A DNA stretch of 64,000 nt from NCBI GenBank assembly GCA_050290185.1, contig JBNKHE010000001.1, positions 34,713 through 98,712 of the forward strand. Direction: 5' to 3'. Made by a program: the position numbers and the translations under genes. This DNA comes from Pontiella sp. Lineage in GTDB: Bacteria > Verrucomicrobiota > Kiritimatiellia > Kiritimatiellales > Pontiellaceae. Shown in pieces: positions 9,987-19,547 of this stretch. The notes under the pieces were generated by a model. The model ran no database searches. It was not told the origin of the DNA and saw only the letters and a list, made by a program, of their open reading frames with translations. Numbering within the stretch: position 1 is the first letter of the stretch; each line of letters starts with the position of its first letter.

Positions 9987-11610
9987 ACCACATACCCCTT
10001 GGGTCTATTTGAAAACGTTCAATTGCATTCCAGAAACGAAGCCGGTTGATGGTGTAGTCCACCAGCGCGATAGTGGCATCGTTCTGGGCATTCAACAGGT
10101 CGTCCTGTGCATCCAACCGGTCGCGCGTCAACGCTTTCCCCTGTTTTAACAGCAGGATTGTGTTTTCCATGCGCCGCTCCGCCAGCTTCACGCTGAGCAG
10201 TCTGTTTTTATAAACGGAACGGTTGCGCTCAAGCCTGCGCCAAAGTTCGCGAACGTCGCGCTGCACGCTCCACTCATCTTCCTCCATTCCCCGACGCTCA
10301 CGCTCCAGATTGATCTGGGCAATACGATAGGCATTCCGCTTTTCCGTCCAATCAAACGGAATATTAACGCTGACCGATGTATCCTGACTCAGTCCTTCAC
10401 TGGAGGACTTTTCCATGTCATAGGATGCGCCATAGCTTACATCCAGGCTGGGAAGAAAGTTTCGTTTCGTGATTTCAAGTTTGCGCTCCTGATCCTCAAC
10501 TTTCTGGCGGCGGGTAATCAGATCAAGCCGGTTCGAAATCGCGCTGTCGACCGCTTCGTCGAGCGTGATATCCAGCCCGACCAATCCACGGTCCGTCAAG
10601 GCATCGAGCTCGGCCGGATCAGGTTCGATGTTCAGATCAATCGGCAGACCGAGGGTAAACCGGAAATTGTCGAGCGCTGACTCGTAGTTCGCCCGGGCTG
10701 TGGCCCAGTTGTCGGCGGAGTTCAGCTCGCTCTGCCGTGCCTGGGCAGCCTGAAAGTCGGCAATGCGCCCAGCTTCGGCATACGCTTCGGTCTGCTGAAG
10801 GCTTTCGTACGCGTTTTCATAGTTCTTTCGCGCATTGTTCAACTGATCGCGACTGCGCAGCGTGGAGTAGTATAGCGAGGTGATATCAATCACGAATCCC
10901 TGCTGGTAGCGTTTGAAGTCACGTACCGCATAGATCATATCGCGCTCGGCTTGCCGCAACGGCTCCTTGCTCACCAGCGGACCGAATCCGTTCAACAGCG
11001 GTTGAACTACATTGAACGTCGCAATTCTGCTTTCCGACGAGCTGTCCGGGTCGGTAAAATAATCCACGATTTCCTGGGTAACCCCCAGCGTTACTTTCGC
11101 CCCGGAAATCAGGGTGCGGCCGACCGAAAGATTCAATTCCCCATCCACCCCGTTGTCGCCGAAGGTCTCGGCAGTCGTTCCATAATCAGAGTACGTACTG
11201 CTGGCCGAGAGGGATGAAGCGCTGGTATCCCAATTAAAATTCTTCTGGATCTCGGTCAGATACAGCGCTGTAATAAACAGGCTTTCCTTCCGGGATTGGT
11301 AGGAGTGGCTGTTCGCCATGGCAATGGCCAATGTTTCCGAAAGGGAAAGCAGGGTTGGCGCTTCCTCATTCGACTCCGCCTCCAGCATTTCGCGAATCCG
11401 GCGCCCTTCCGCATCATCGATTGTAAAGTCATCAAAACCGCCCAGGGCCCGGTTCTGGGCCCCGTGTATGTTCCCATACGCCGCCCGATCGGCACGTTTC
11501 TCCGCGAAATTCCCGATTTGCGTACAAGATACCAGGGAAAGCGCAACTATAACCAGCAGGGAGGCATTCCAACACCAATGACGAACTGTACATTTCATAT
11601 TTAGCGACAT
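9940..11610 (-). CDS. TolC-family outer membrane efflux lipoprotein
   Basis: Lipobox LSLVSC and two OEP-type repeats (QPLLNGFG; A.SNRLDL...PSLDV...NIPFD). First gene of the TolC-MFP-ABC operon; start uncertain (11598/11610/11664). Confidence 0.85.
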   Translation of the reverse strand: MSLNMKCTVRHWCWNASLLVIVALSLVSCTQIGNFAEKRADRAAYGNIHGAQNRALGGFDDFTIDDAEGRRIREMLEAESNEEAPTLLSLSETLAIAMANSHSYQSRKESLFITALYLTEIQKNFNWDTSASSLSASSTYSDYGTTAETFGDNGVDGELNLSVGRTLISGAKVTLGVTQEIVDYFTDPDSSSESRIATFNVVQPLLNGFGPLVSKEPLRQAERDMIYAVRDFKRYQQGFVIDITSLYYSTLRSRDQLNNARKNYENAYESLQQTEAYAEAGRIADFQAAQARQSELNSADNWATARANYESALDNFRFTLGLPIDLNIEPDPAELDALTDRGLVGLDITLDEAVDSAISNRLDLITRRQKVEDQERKLEITKRNFLPSLDVSYGASYDMEKSSSEGLSQDTSVSVNIPFDWTEKRNAYRIAQINLERERRGMEEDEWSVQRDVRELWRRLERNRSVYKNRLLSVKLAERRMENTILLLKQGKALTRDRLDAQDDLLNAQNDATIALVDYTINRLRFWNAIERFQIDPRGMWYEQTDRDSEEPVATP

Positions 11611-11739
11611 ATAACGGCGACAGTATGAAAACAGATGTATACGGAGCAAATTTATTTGTGACATTTCGCCCCCGAATCTCAGTTCACAACCTTGTCAAGT
11701 TGTGTTACAAGACTTCAATTAACGGAATGAGACGCCTCG

Positions 11740-12618
11740 ATGAATCAAGTATTGGTACTAATTAATTCCAAATCGGGCGCTGGAAGCCCCTATCGCTACA
11801 TCTCCGCAATAGAAAAGGTGTGGGATACCCCGGACCATGACGTCGTGTTCCAGTTCAGCCAATCTGCCCGTGACGGGGCGGACAAGGTACGCCGGGCCAT
11901 CGAGCGTGGCACGGATACCGTACTGGTCGTCGGCGGCGACGGCATGGTCAATACCATCGGGAGCGTATTGGTCAACACGAAGGTAAGGCTCGGCGTTGTG
12001 CCGGCCGGCAGCGGAAACGGATTCGCCCGCCACTTCAAGATTCCGCTCCATCCCGATGCGGCTGCAAAAGCCCTGCTCGACGGCTACACGGCCTCCATCG
12101 ATGTCGGCAAAGTCAACGGCCGGCTCTTTTTCGTCACCTGCAGCATGGCCTGGGACGGCGCCCTCGTTGAAACCTTTGAAAAATTTCCGTTCCGCGGCAT
12201 CGTCCCGTATGTACTGGCCGGCGCGTCGCAACTGCTCGAATACAAGGCCCAGCCGTTCCGTGTCGATATCGACGGCGAAGAGATCAACTTCAAGCATCCG
12301 CTCATCTTTACGGTGGCCAACCTATCACAGTTTGGCAGCGATGTGCTCGTGGCTCCCGATGCCCAGGCCGACAGCGGCGACCTGGAACTGGTGGCCATCG
12401 AGAAAAGCAGCATGCCTCTCGTCCTCAGCCAGGTACACCGCTTCATCGAAAAGACCTTCCACCAGCATCCGCATGTCACCAACCGCCACTTCAAACGGAT
12501 GACCGTTGAACGGGAAAACGACTCGCCGATCCAGATCGATGGTGAAATCTTCGATGGTGGAACCTTCATTGAAGTAGAGGTTCTTCCCAGCGCCCTCAAC
12601 GTAATCATTCCGACCTAG
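11740..12618 (+). CDS. Diacylglycerol kinase family lipid kinase (YegS/DagK-like)
   Basis: INSKSG, VGGDGMVN, PAGSGNGFAR, QIDGE. Confidence 0.92.
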   Translation: MNQVLVLINSKSGAGSPYRYISAIEKVWDTPDHDVVFQFSQSARDGADKVRRAIERGTDTVLVVGGDGMVNTIGSVLVNTKVRLGVVPAGSGNGFARHFKIPLHPDAAAKALLDGYTASIDVGKVNGRLFFVTCSMAWDGALVETFEKFPFRGIVPYVLAGASQLLEYKAQPFRVDIDGEEINFKHPLIFTVANLSQFGSDVLVAPDAQADSGDLELVAIEKSSMPLVLSQVHRFIEKTFHQHPHVTNRHFKRMTVERENDSPIQIDGEIFDGGTFIEVEVLPSALNVIIPT

Positions 12619-12626
12619 GACATGCC

Positions 12627-13130
12627 ATGGACAATCTTTCCCCCGATATACTTTACATGCATATGGCGTTGCGCGAAGCCGAACGCGCCGCCGAAGAAGG
12701 TGAAGTGCCCTGCGGGGCCGTGATTGTGTTGAACGATGAAGTCATTGGTAAGGCACACAACCAGACGGAAACGCTGAACGATCCCACGGCCCACGCCGAA
12801 ATCCTGGCGATCACACAGGCCACGCAGGCTGTCGGAAACTGGCGGCTGAACAACGCGGTGATGTATGTGACCAAGGAACCCTGCCCCATGTGCGCCGGCG
12901 CGCTAGTGCTCGCCCGCATGAAAAAAGTGGTCTGGGGCATGACCGATCCCGTCCGCGGCGGTGCGGTCTCCAAATTCCAGATTCTCAACACCGCCGATCT
13001 AAATCATGCCGTGGAGGTTGAAACCGGATTGATGGAGCCCGACTGCAAAGCCGTCATGCAGGCATTTTTCCAGAACCTGCGCCAGTCCGCCAAAGAGAGA
13101 AAACGATCAGAACGGGAGCAAGAAGAATGA
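12627..13130 (+). CDS. tadA: tRNA adenosine(34) deaminase
   Basis: GEVPCGAV, DPTAHAE, YVTKEPCPMCAGA, LNH, FFQNLR. Confidence 0.92.
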   Translation: MDNLSPDILYMHMALREAERAAEEGEVPCGAVIVLNDEVIGKAHNQTETLNDPTAHAEILAITQATQAVGNWRLNNAVMYVTKEPCPMCAGALVLARMKKVVWGMTDPVRGGAVSKFQILNTADLNHAVEVETGLMEPDCKAVMQAFFQNLRQSAKERKRSEREQEE

Positions 13131-13618
13131 GGCACGCAACAGAAAACGACTTGCCTGCGATTGTTGAAATCTACAATGCATCCATTCCCTCACGCATGGC
13201 GACCGCAGACCTTGAACCGGTCAGCGTGGAATCCAAAAAGGACTGGTTCCGTTTGCATGCACCGGAAGACTACCCCTTGCTGGTGCATGAAATCGACGGC
13301 AAGGTCGTTGCATGGGTGGGCTTTCAACCGTTTTACCGCCGCCCCGCGCACCGGCACACAGCGGAAATCAGTTTTTATATCGCCCCGGATCATCAGGGGA
13401 AAGGACTTGGCCAAGTGCTCCTCACAGAAGCCCAGCAAACCGCTGCAGATGCAGGCATGATCAAAACACTACTGGCATATGTATATGCACACAACCTCCC
13501 AAGCATAGCATTGCTCCAGCGTTGTGAATTTACGGAATGGGGTCACTTCCCCAACGTATCGGAAATGGACGGTCGGGAATACAGCGTGGCTATCCTTGGA
13601 AAACGAATCAATCCCTAG
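13127..13618 (+). CDS. GNAT N-acetyltransferase (phosphinothricin acetyltransferase/YncA-like)
   Basis: IVEIYNASI, HTAEISFYI, QGKGLG, N..SIAL. Confidence 0.9.
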   Translation: MRHATENDLPAIVEIYNASIPSRMATADLEPVSVESKKDWFRLHAPEDYPLLVHEIDGKVVAWVGFQPFYRRPAHRHTAEISFYIAPDHQGKGLGQVLLTEAQQTAADAGMIKTLLAYVYAHNLPSIALLQRCEFTEWGHFPNVSEMDGREYSVAILGKRINP

Positions 13619-14259
13619 AGCAGATCCATCTGGTTGAGCTCGGCAACGGGTCGGAAGGATTGGCGATGCAAGGGTGTTGCTCCATATTTCTTCAGCGCGT
13701 CCAGATGTTGTTTTGTACCGTATCCCTTGTGCCCCGCAAATCCATACCCGGGATATTGCGCATCCAACTCGACCATGATGCGGTCGCGCGTCACCTTGGC
13801 AATAATGCTGGCTGCGGATATTGAGATACTTAGGGCGTCGCCCTTGACGATGCTTTTGGACTCGCAGGGAAGTCCTTTGACCGGAAGTCCGTCGACCAGT
13901 GCAAACTGAGGATCAATCTGCTGGGCGGCCATAGCCATGGCCTTGTGCGTGGCCTTAAGAATATTGATGCGGTCGATCTCTTCGGGATCAACGATTCCAA
14001 CACCAACCGTCACAAATTCCGAACCGGTCAGCAGTTCGAAATATTCCTCGCGCCGCGGCTCGGACATGGCCTTGGAATCGGTCAGCCGGTCATAGGTCGA
14101 ACACAGCTCGGCCTGGATGTAATCGGGGTCGAATAGGACTGCCGCCGCTACAACAGGACCGGCCAACGGGCCGCGGCCCGCTTCGTCGATTCCGGCCAGA
14201 CGTAAAAAACCCGACGCCCAGGCTTCTTTTTCGTAAAGCAGGACATCGGGAGTTTTCAT
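13615..14259 (-). CDS. rnhB: Ribonuclease HII
   Basis: [47 protein letters not shown]. Confidence 0.97.
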   Translation of the reverse strand: MKTPDVLLYEKEAWASGFLRLAGIDEAGRGPLAGPVVAAAVLFDPDYIQAELCSTYDRLTDSKAMSEPRREEYFELLTGSEFVTVGVGIVDPEEIDRINILKATHKAMAMAAQQIDPQFALVDGLPVKGLPCESKSIVKGDALSISISAASIIAKVTRDRIMVELDAQYPGYGFAGHKGYGTKQHLDALKKYGATPLHRQSFRPVAELNQMDLL

Positions 14260-14360
14260 TTTGATTTTCGATTTCCGATTCTCGGAACTTAATCGGCGTT
14301 GGCCTCTTCTTAGTAAGACGCTGTCGCAGACCTAAAAATCAGCAATCGGCAATCAACAAT
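14260..14360. repeat. Inverted heptamer arrays (NNNGATT)x3 ... (AATCNNN)x3 between rplS and rnhB
   Basis: TTTGATT TTCGATT TCCGATT (14260-14280) and AATCAGC AATCGGC AATCAAC (14337-14357). Confidence 0.75.
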
Positions 14361-14363
14361 GAT

Positions 14364-14711
14364 CTAGACGCGGCGTTCTTTAATGCGGGCCTTCTTACCG
14401 GCCAGATCGCGCAGGTAGTACAGCTTCGCGCGGCGGACCTTACCATGACGATCAATCTCGATCTTGTCGATATTCGGGCTGTTCAGCGGGAAAATACGCT
14501 CAACACCTTCGCCATAGGAAACACGGCGAACGGTGATCGATTCCATAACCCCACCACCCTTGCGGGCAATGACCGTGCCGGTATAAACCTGAATACGCTG
14601 CTTGCCGCCTTCTTTAATCCAATAATGGACCTTGATGGTATCACCGATTACGAAATCGGGGTGGCGATCCTGCTTGGCCTGTTCCTGACTGATTTTTTGT
14701 ACCGTGTTCAT
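14364..14711 (-). CDS. rplS: 50S ribosomal protein L19
   Basis: [17 protein letters not shown]...GEGVERIFP...[11 protein letters not shown]. Confidence 0.98.
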   Translation of the reverse strand: MNTVQKISQEQAKQDRHPDFVIGDTIKVHYWIKEGGKQRIQVYTGTVIARKGGGVMESITVRRVSYGEGVERIFPLNSPNIDKIEIDRHGKVRRAKLYYLRDLAGKKARIKERRV

Positions 14712-14773
14712 AAATTATCTCACTTCTGGATTTATTGAAAGAGCGCCCGATAATAGCTGACTGCGTTTCGCGG

Positions 14774-15490
14774 TCAAGCGTTGTTTTCGCCATTTTTACC
14801 GCGATCCTTCAGAAGATCGGCGCGGCGTTCCCGTGTGCGCTCCAAAGCTTTCCGGTGGCGCCAATCGGCAATTTTTCCATGATCTCCACTAAGCAGGATT
14901 TCAGGCACCTTCATGCCCCGAAATTCCGGTGGCCGCGTATATTGGGGATATTCCAGCAATCCCGTCGAAAACGACTCCTCCTCGGTAGCGGCCTCTCCGC
15001 CACCCAGCACACCCGGCCGGAGCCGTACTACGGCATCGATGACTACGTTCGCGGCCAGCACTCCGTTGGTCAGCACATAGTCCCCAATCGAAATTTCCTC
15101 GTCTACCAGCGCTTCGTGCACCCGCTCATCGATGCCTTCGTAGTGGCCGCAGATAAAGATCAGATGGCTGTGCTCGTCGCACAAACGGCGGGCATCCGAC
15201 TGCTCAAAGGTCTTTCCTCCAGGCGTCAATAGGATCACATGGCTATCCGGCGTCTGAATTGACTCGATCGCAGCGAAGAGCGGCTCCGGCTTCATCACCA
15301 TCCCGGGACCGCCGCCAAAGGGCCGGTCATCGGTGGTGTTGTGCCTATCGGTCGTGAAGTCGCGCGGGTTGACCGTGCGAAATTCAACGAGCCCGGCATC
15401 CGCCGCCCGCTTCATCATGCTCTCCTGCAGAAACCCGTTCAGCATCTGCGGGAACAGCGTCACAACATCGATTTTCAGCGCCTTGTCCAT
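14774..15490 (-). CDS. trmD: tRNA (guanine37-N1)-methyltransferase
   Basis: DDRPFGGGPGMVM, CGHYEGIDER, SIGDYVL, EYPQYTRP. Confidence 0.97.
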   Translation of the reverse strand: MDKALKIDVVTLFPQMLNGFLQESMMKRAADAGLVEFRTVNPRDFTTDRHNTTDDRPFGGGPGMVMKPEPLFAAIESIQTPDSHVILLTPGGKTFEQSDARRLCDEHSHLIFICGHYEGIDERVHEALVDEEISIGDYVLTNGVLAANVVIDAVVRLRPGVLGGGEAATEEESFSTGLLEYPQYTRPPEFRGMKVPEILLSGDHGKIADWRHRKALERTRERRADLLKDRGKNGENNA

Positions 15491-15501
15491 GGTTTGCTAT
15501 C

Positions 15502-15559
15502 TTTAACAGAAGGTCGCAAAGGGTAACCACCCTCCAGTTCTGGCGAACTTCCGATTAAA
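15502..15559. repeat. Imperfect inverted repeat upstream of trmD
   Basis: TTTAACAGAAGGTCGCAAAG ... CTGGCGAACTTCCGATTAAA. Confidence 0.5.
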
Positions 15560-15576
15560 TGTATATTCCTGAAAAC

Positions 15577-15608
15577 GAAAAAGAGCGGCCACACGGCTCG
15601 CTCTTTTC
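15577..15608 (-). terminator. Terminator after rpsP-khpA
   Basis: GAAAAAGAGCG...CGCTCTTTTC hairpin. Confidence 0.65.
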
Positions 15609-15636
15609 GCGGTTTCCTACGCTGGGAACAAATGAA

Positions 15637-15867
15637 CTAATCGACCACTTCAAGCATGGCCTTGCGACCCTGCTTGGCGGCCATCGAGTTCAGGATGGTC
15701 CGCATTGCACCAACCGTCTTCCCGCTCTTGCCGATAATCTTGCCGACATCCTTGGCATTACAACGAAGTTCGAAAATGATGGTTTTTTCACCATCGACTT
15801 CCGTGATCTCAACTTCGTTGGGCGAATCGACCAGCGATTTCGCAATGGTTTCGAGTACCTGCTTCAT
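15637..15867 (-). CDS. khpA: KH-domain RNA-binding protein (KhpA/YlqC)
   Basis: LVDSP..V, DVGKIIGKSGKT; canonical position after rpsP. Confidence 0.92.
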   Translation of the reverse strand: MKQVLETIAKSLVDSPNEVEITEVDGEKTIIFELRCNAKDVGKIIGKSGKTVGAMRTILNSMAAKQGRKAMLEVVD

Positions 15868-15869
15868 GC

Positions 15870-16301
15870 CTAGGCTTTTGTTTCCTCGTCCGCCGGAGTT
15901 TCCTCGGCAGCGGGTTCAGCAGCTTCCTCGGCAACCTCTTCAGCGGCCGGCTCGTCTGCCGTAGTTTCGGCGGCGGCTTCTTCAGCCACTTCTTCCGCTT
16001 CAACGGCGGCTTCCGGAACCTCAGCTTCAGTCACCGTGCCGGACACGGCTTTTTCAGCCGGAAGGACGCGGGCCTTGACAATCAGGCTGTTCGCGGTGTC
16101 GGACGGCTGTGCGCCGTTGCCGAGCCAGTAGTCAACACGGTCAAGGTTCAGCGAAAAATTGTTGCCGTCCTGTTTGGGGTCGTACCAACCCAGCGTTTCA
16201 ATGAATCGGCCAGTCGGTGCATAACGCGCATCCTGAACGATTACACGGTAGAATGCGGCGTTGCGGCTGCCCATTCTGCGAAGTCGAATCTTTACTGCCA
16301 T
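15870..16301 (-). CDS. rpsP: 30S ribosomal protein S16 with an acidic Ala/Glu C-terminal extension
   Basis: MAVKIRLRRMG...FYRVIV.D.R...GRFIETLGWYDP...YWL.NGAQPSDT. Start at 16301. Confidence 0.97.
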   Translation of the reverse strand: MAVKIRLRRMGSRNAAFYRVIVQDARYAPTGRFIETLGWYDPKQDGNNFSLNLDRVDYWLGNGAQPSDTANSLIVKARVLPAEKAVSGTVTEAEVPEAAVEAEEVAEEAAAETTADEPAAEEVAEEAAEPAAEETPADEETKA

Positions 16302-16347
16302 ATCGTATTTTCTCCGTAGTATATCCCTGCTATTTCGGGTAAAGGGG

Positions 16348-17691
16348 CTACTTTGTAGTGAACTTTTTGCGGTGTCGCAACCTTTTTCCCATCTTTTTGA
16401 ACTGCTTCCCCATCTTCCCCATCTGCTCAAATCGTTTTAGCAACTGGTTGACATCCGCGAGCTTGCGGCCACAGCCGGAAGCAATCCGCAGACGGCGGCT
16501 TCGATCGATCTTCTTGGGGTTCCGGCGCTCCCATGGCGTCATGCTCTGGATGATTGATTCAAAGCGCTTCATTTCCACTTCTGAGGCTTTCGCGGCCGCC
16601 TCCTTCTGCCTGGCGTCCATCTTCATGACATTGCCCGGAAGCGCGTCGAGCAGATTGCTTATGGGCCCCAGCTTTTTCATCTGCTGGATCTGCGAAAGGA
16701 AGTCCTCCAGGTCGAGCTCGTTTTTCGCCAGCTTTTCCTGCATTTTAAGCGCTTCGTCCTGATCCACGATCTCCTGCGCCTTTTCCACAAAGCTGACCAC
16801 ATCGCCCATGCCCAGAATGCGCGAAGCCATCCGGTCGGGATAGAAGGGCTGCAGATCGTCCATCTTTTCGCCTACACCGGTCATCAGGATCGGGCATCCG
16901 GTCACAGCGTGCACCGAAAGAGCCGCCCCACCACGGGCGTCACCGTCAAGCTTGGTCAGGATCATCCCCGTCAATCCAACGGCATCCCGGAACGTTTCGG
17001 CCACATTTACCGACTCCTGTCCAATGGCGGAGTCCAGCACCAGCACCTTGTTGTTCGGCTGGGTTTCGGCCTCGAATTCCTTCAGCTCCTGCACCAGCTC
17101 GTCGTCGATCTGGAACCGGCCTCCAGTATCGTAGATCACCACATCGTACTTGCTCTCTTTCGCCGCAAGGGCAGCGCGGCGGCCTAATTGCGGCACCGTT
17201 TCGCCGGGATTGGGTTTAATGATATCGCACCCGACCTGCCCCGCCAGTATCGACAGCTGCTCCACGGCCGCCGGGCGGCGGATATCGCAGGCCACCAGCA
17301 AAACGCGGCGGCCGCTCTTCTTCCATCGATATGCCAGCTTTCCGGACGAAGTGGTCTTACCGGAACCATGCAGCCCCATCAGCATTACCGCCGCGGGATG
17401 ACCGGTCAGGTTGAATTCCTTGTGCGCACCGCCAAACAGTTCAACCAGCGCATCATTCACGTGTTTTACGACCTGCTGACCGGGCGTGACACTGCTCAGC
17501 ACGTCTTCCCCGAGACAGGTTTCCTGCACTTGCTTGATAAAGTCGCGTGCGACCTTGAAGTTGACATCAGCCTCCAGCAGCGCCAGCCGTACCTCGCGGA
17601 GGGCATCTTTGATGTTTTTCTCGGACAGCTTGCCGTAGCCGCGCAGGTTCTTGAAGGTTTTCTGCAGTGCAGTTGAAAGGTTTTCGAACAT
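16348..17691 (-). CDS. ffh: Signal recognition particle protein
   Basis: ALLEADV, GLHGSGKTT, DTGGR, TKLDGDARGGAALS, SRILGMGD, M domain. Confidence 0.97.
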   Translation of the reverse strand: MFENLSTALQKTFKNLRGYGKLSEKNIKDALREVRLALLEADVNFKVARDFIKQVQETCLGEDVLSSVTPGQQVVKHVNDALVELFGGAHKEFNLTGHPAAVMLMGLHGSGKTTSSGKLAYRWKKSGRRVLLVACDIRRPAAVEQLSILAGQVGCDIIKPNPGETVPQLGRRAALAAKESKYDVVIYDTGGRFQIDDELVQELKEFEAETQPNNKVLVLDSAIGQESVNVAETFRDAVGLTGMILTKLDGDARGGAALSVHAVTGCPILMTGVGEKMDDLQPFYPDRMASRILGMGDVVSFVEKAQEIVDQDEALKMQEKLAKNELDLEDFLSQIQQMKKLGPISNLLDALPGNVMKMDARQKEAAAKASEVEMKRFESIIQSMTPWERRNPKKIDRSRRLRIASGCGRKLADVNQLLKRFEQMGKMGKQFKKMGKRLRHRKKFTTK

Positions 17692-17901
17692 ATTCCAGTT
17701 GTTGGTTTGAGGCTATTGGTTATCGGAAAGTCCGGCAGTTAAGCGGAATACCCCGCACAAGGCAAAGCGAAAAGGATACCGCACCTCACCCGTCCCATTA
17801 TTGGCTCGCCATCCATTGCGACTGCGGTACTCTTGGATCAGACATAGAACGCGTGTGCTGAAGCACTCCGAACGCATAAATGGAATGACAAGGCAGACAG
17901 C

Positions 17902-18948
17902 ATGAGCGAAACATCTCCAGAACAGCCGGTAACACGGCAGGAACTGAACAAGATTATTCTACCGTTCACCAAGCCCGGTCGCGGAAAAGCAGCCTGGCAG
18001 ATGATCAATACCCTCATCCCCTATTTTTCCCTATGGGCCGTGGCGATATATATCATCAACAGCAATATCCCGTCATGGTACGCACTCATTCCCATTCTAA
18101 TTGCCGGCCCCTTCCTCGTCCGAACGTTCATCATATTTCACGACTGCTGCCATTCCTCCTATTTTAAATCCAAATGGGCGAACACCCTGGTTGGATATTT
18201 AACCGGCATTCTCACCTCCACCCCTTTTCGTGACTGGGCCCAGGCACATATCAGCCATCATGCCACTGCAGGAAATCTGGATAAACGCGGGGTTGGCGAT
18301 ATCTGGACGCTGACCGTCGAGGAATATATTACCGCGCCAAAACTGAAGAGAATCACGTATCGCATATTCCGGCACCCCCTCTTTATGTTCGGAGTAGGAC
18401 CCTCCTATGTATTCCTGGTTTTCCACCGGTTTTCCCAGAAGGGTATCAAACACAAAGGACGGCTCAGCGTCTACATTACCAACCTTGGCCTGCTCGCCCT
18501 GCTGTTGCTGGGTGGCGCAACCATCGGCTATAAAACCTACCTGCTGATCCAGTTGCCGATCACCATCATCGCGGCCACGCTTGGACTGTGGCTTTTTTAC
18601 GTGCAACACCAATATGAAGAGGTCTACTGGGCGCGCGACGACGTCCGCGACTCGCTTAAGGCCGCGATGGAAGGAAGCTCCTACTACAAGTTGCCGAAGG
18701 TAGCCCAGTGGTTTACGGGAAACATCGGCCTGCACCACATCCACCATCTGAATCCGGCGATTCCCAACTACAACCTCCAGGCCTGCCACGACGAAATCCA
18801 GAAACTGCAAAAAATTCCCCCGCTGGGAGTCCGCAAGAGCCTCAAGTCGCTCCGCATCCATCTTTGGGACGAAGAAACCCGCAAGCTCATCAGCTTCAAG
18901 GCCATGAATCTCATCCGCAAGGCCCGCCGCAAAAAAGGCGAGAAATAA
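17902..18948 (+). CDS. Membrane fatty acid desaturase (Bacillus Des-like)
   Basis: Three His boxes (HDCCH, HISHH, HHIHH), FYVQHQYE, IPNYNL. Confidence 0.92.
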   Translation: MSETSPEQPVTRQELNKIILPFTKPGRGKAAWQMINTLIPYFSLWAVAIYIINSNIPSWYALIPILIAGPFLVRTFIIFHDCCHSSYFKSKWANTLVGYLTGILTSTPFRDWAQAHISHHATAGNLDKRGVGDIWTLTVEEYITAPKLKRITYRIFRHPLFMFGVGPSYVFLVFHRFSQKGIKHKGRLSVYITNLGLLALLLLGGATIGYKTYLLIQLPITIIAATLGLWLFYVQHQYEEVYWARDDVRDSLKAAMEGSSYYKLPKVAQWFTGNIGLHHIHHLNPAIPNYNLQACHDEIQKLQKIPPLGVRKSLKSLRIHLWDEETRKLISFKAMNLIRKARRKKGEK

Positions 18949-19048
18949 ACGTCCGCCAGGAAGTATACCAAGCAATCCAAAGACGAAAGCGCTTCGAGTT
19001 CTTCGTGCCTTGGTGTTTAAATATCCGTTTTAACCATTGGAAGCGATT

Positions 19049-19498
19049 ATGACCAACAACGACACCCTGCGCCGATTGCGCTATGCCCTGAACATCGACG
19101 ACACCCAAGTCGCCGAAACCATCGCGCTGACTGGACGCGCAACGAAGCCCGAAGAAGTGATCAACTGGCTCAAGCGCGAAGACGAGGACGGCTACACCGA
19201 TCTGCCCCATTCCATTCTATGCCGCTTCCTCGACGGCCTCATCATCGACAAACGCGGCCCCCACCCTTCCGGATCCATTCCCGAACCGCTCGACTTCCTG
19301 CCCAACAACGAAATCCTCAAAAAGCTGCGCATCGCACTCAATCTAAAGGAAGAAGACGTTCTGGCCGTTTTCAAAAAAGCAGACTTTGTCGTCACCAAGG
19401 CCGAGCTCGGCTCCTTCTTCCGCAAGGAAGGCCACCGCAACTACCGAAAATGCCCGGAACAAGTTCTCCGAAAATTCATTCACGGCCTCAGCATCTGA
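19049..19498 (+). CDS. DUF1456 (YehS) family protein
   Basis: MTNNDTLRRLRYAL...FLDGLI..KRG...NNEILKKLRIAL...FFRK.GHRNYR.C..QVLRKF. Confidence 0.9.
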   Translation: MTNNDTLRRLRYALNIDDTQVAETIALTGRATKPEEVINWLKREDEDGYTDLPHSILCRFLDGLIIDKRGPHPSGSIPEPLDFLPNNEILKKLRIALNLKEEDVLAVFKKADFVVTKAELGSFFRKEGHRNYRKCPEQVLRKFIHGLSI

Positions 19499-19547
19499 TC
19501 GCGGGCATTTAACTATTCATCCGGCGATCCCATAGCGACGGAATGGA

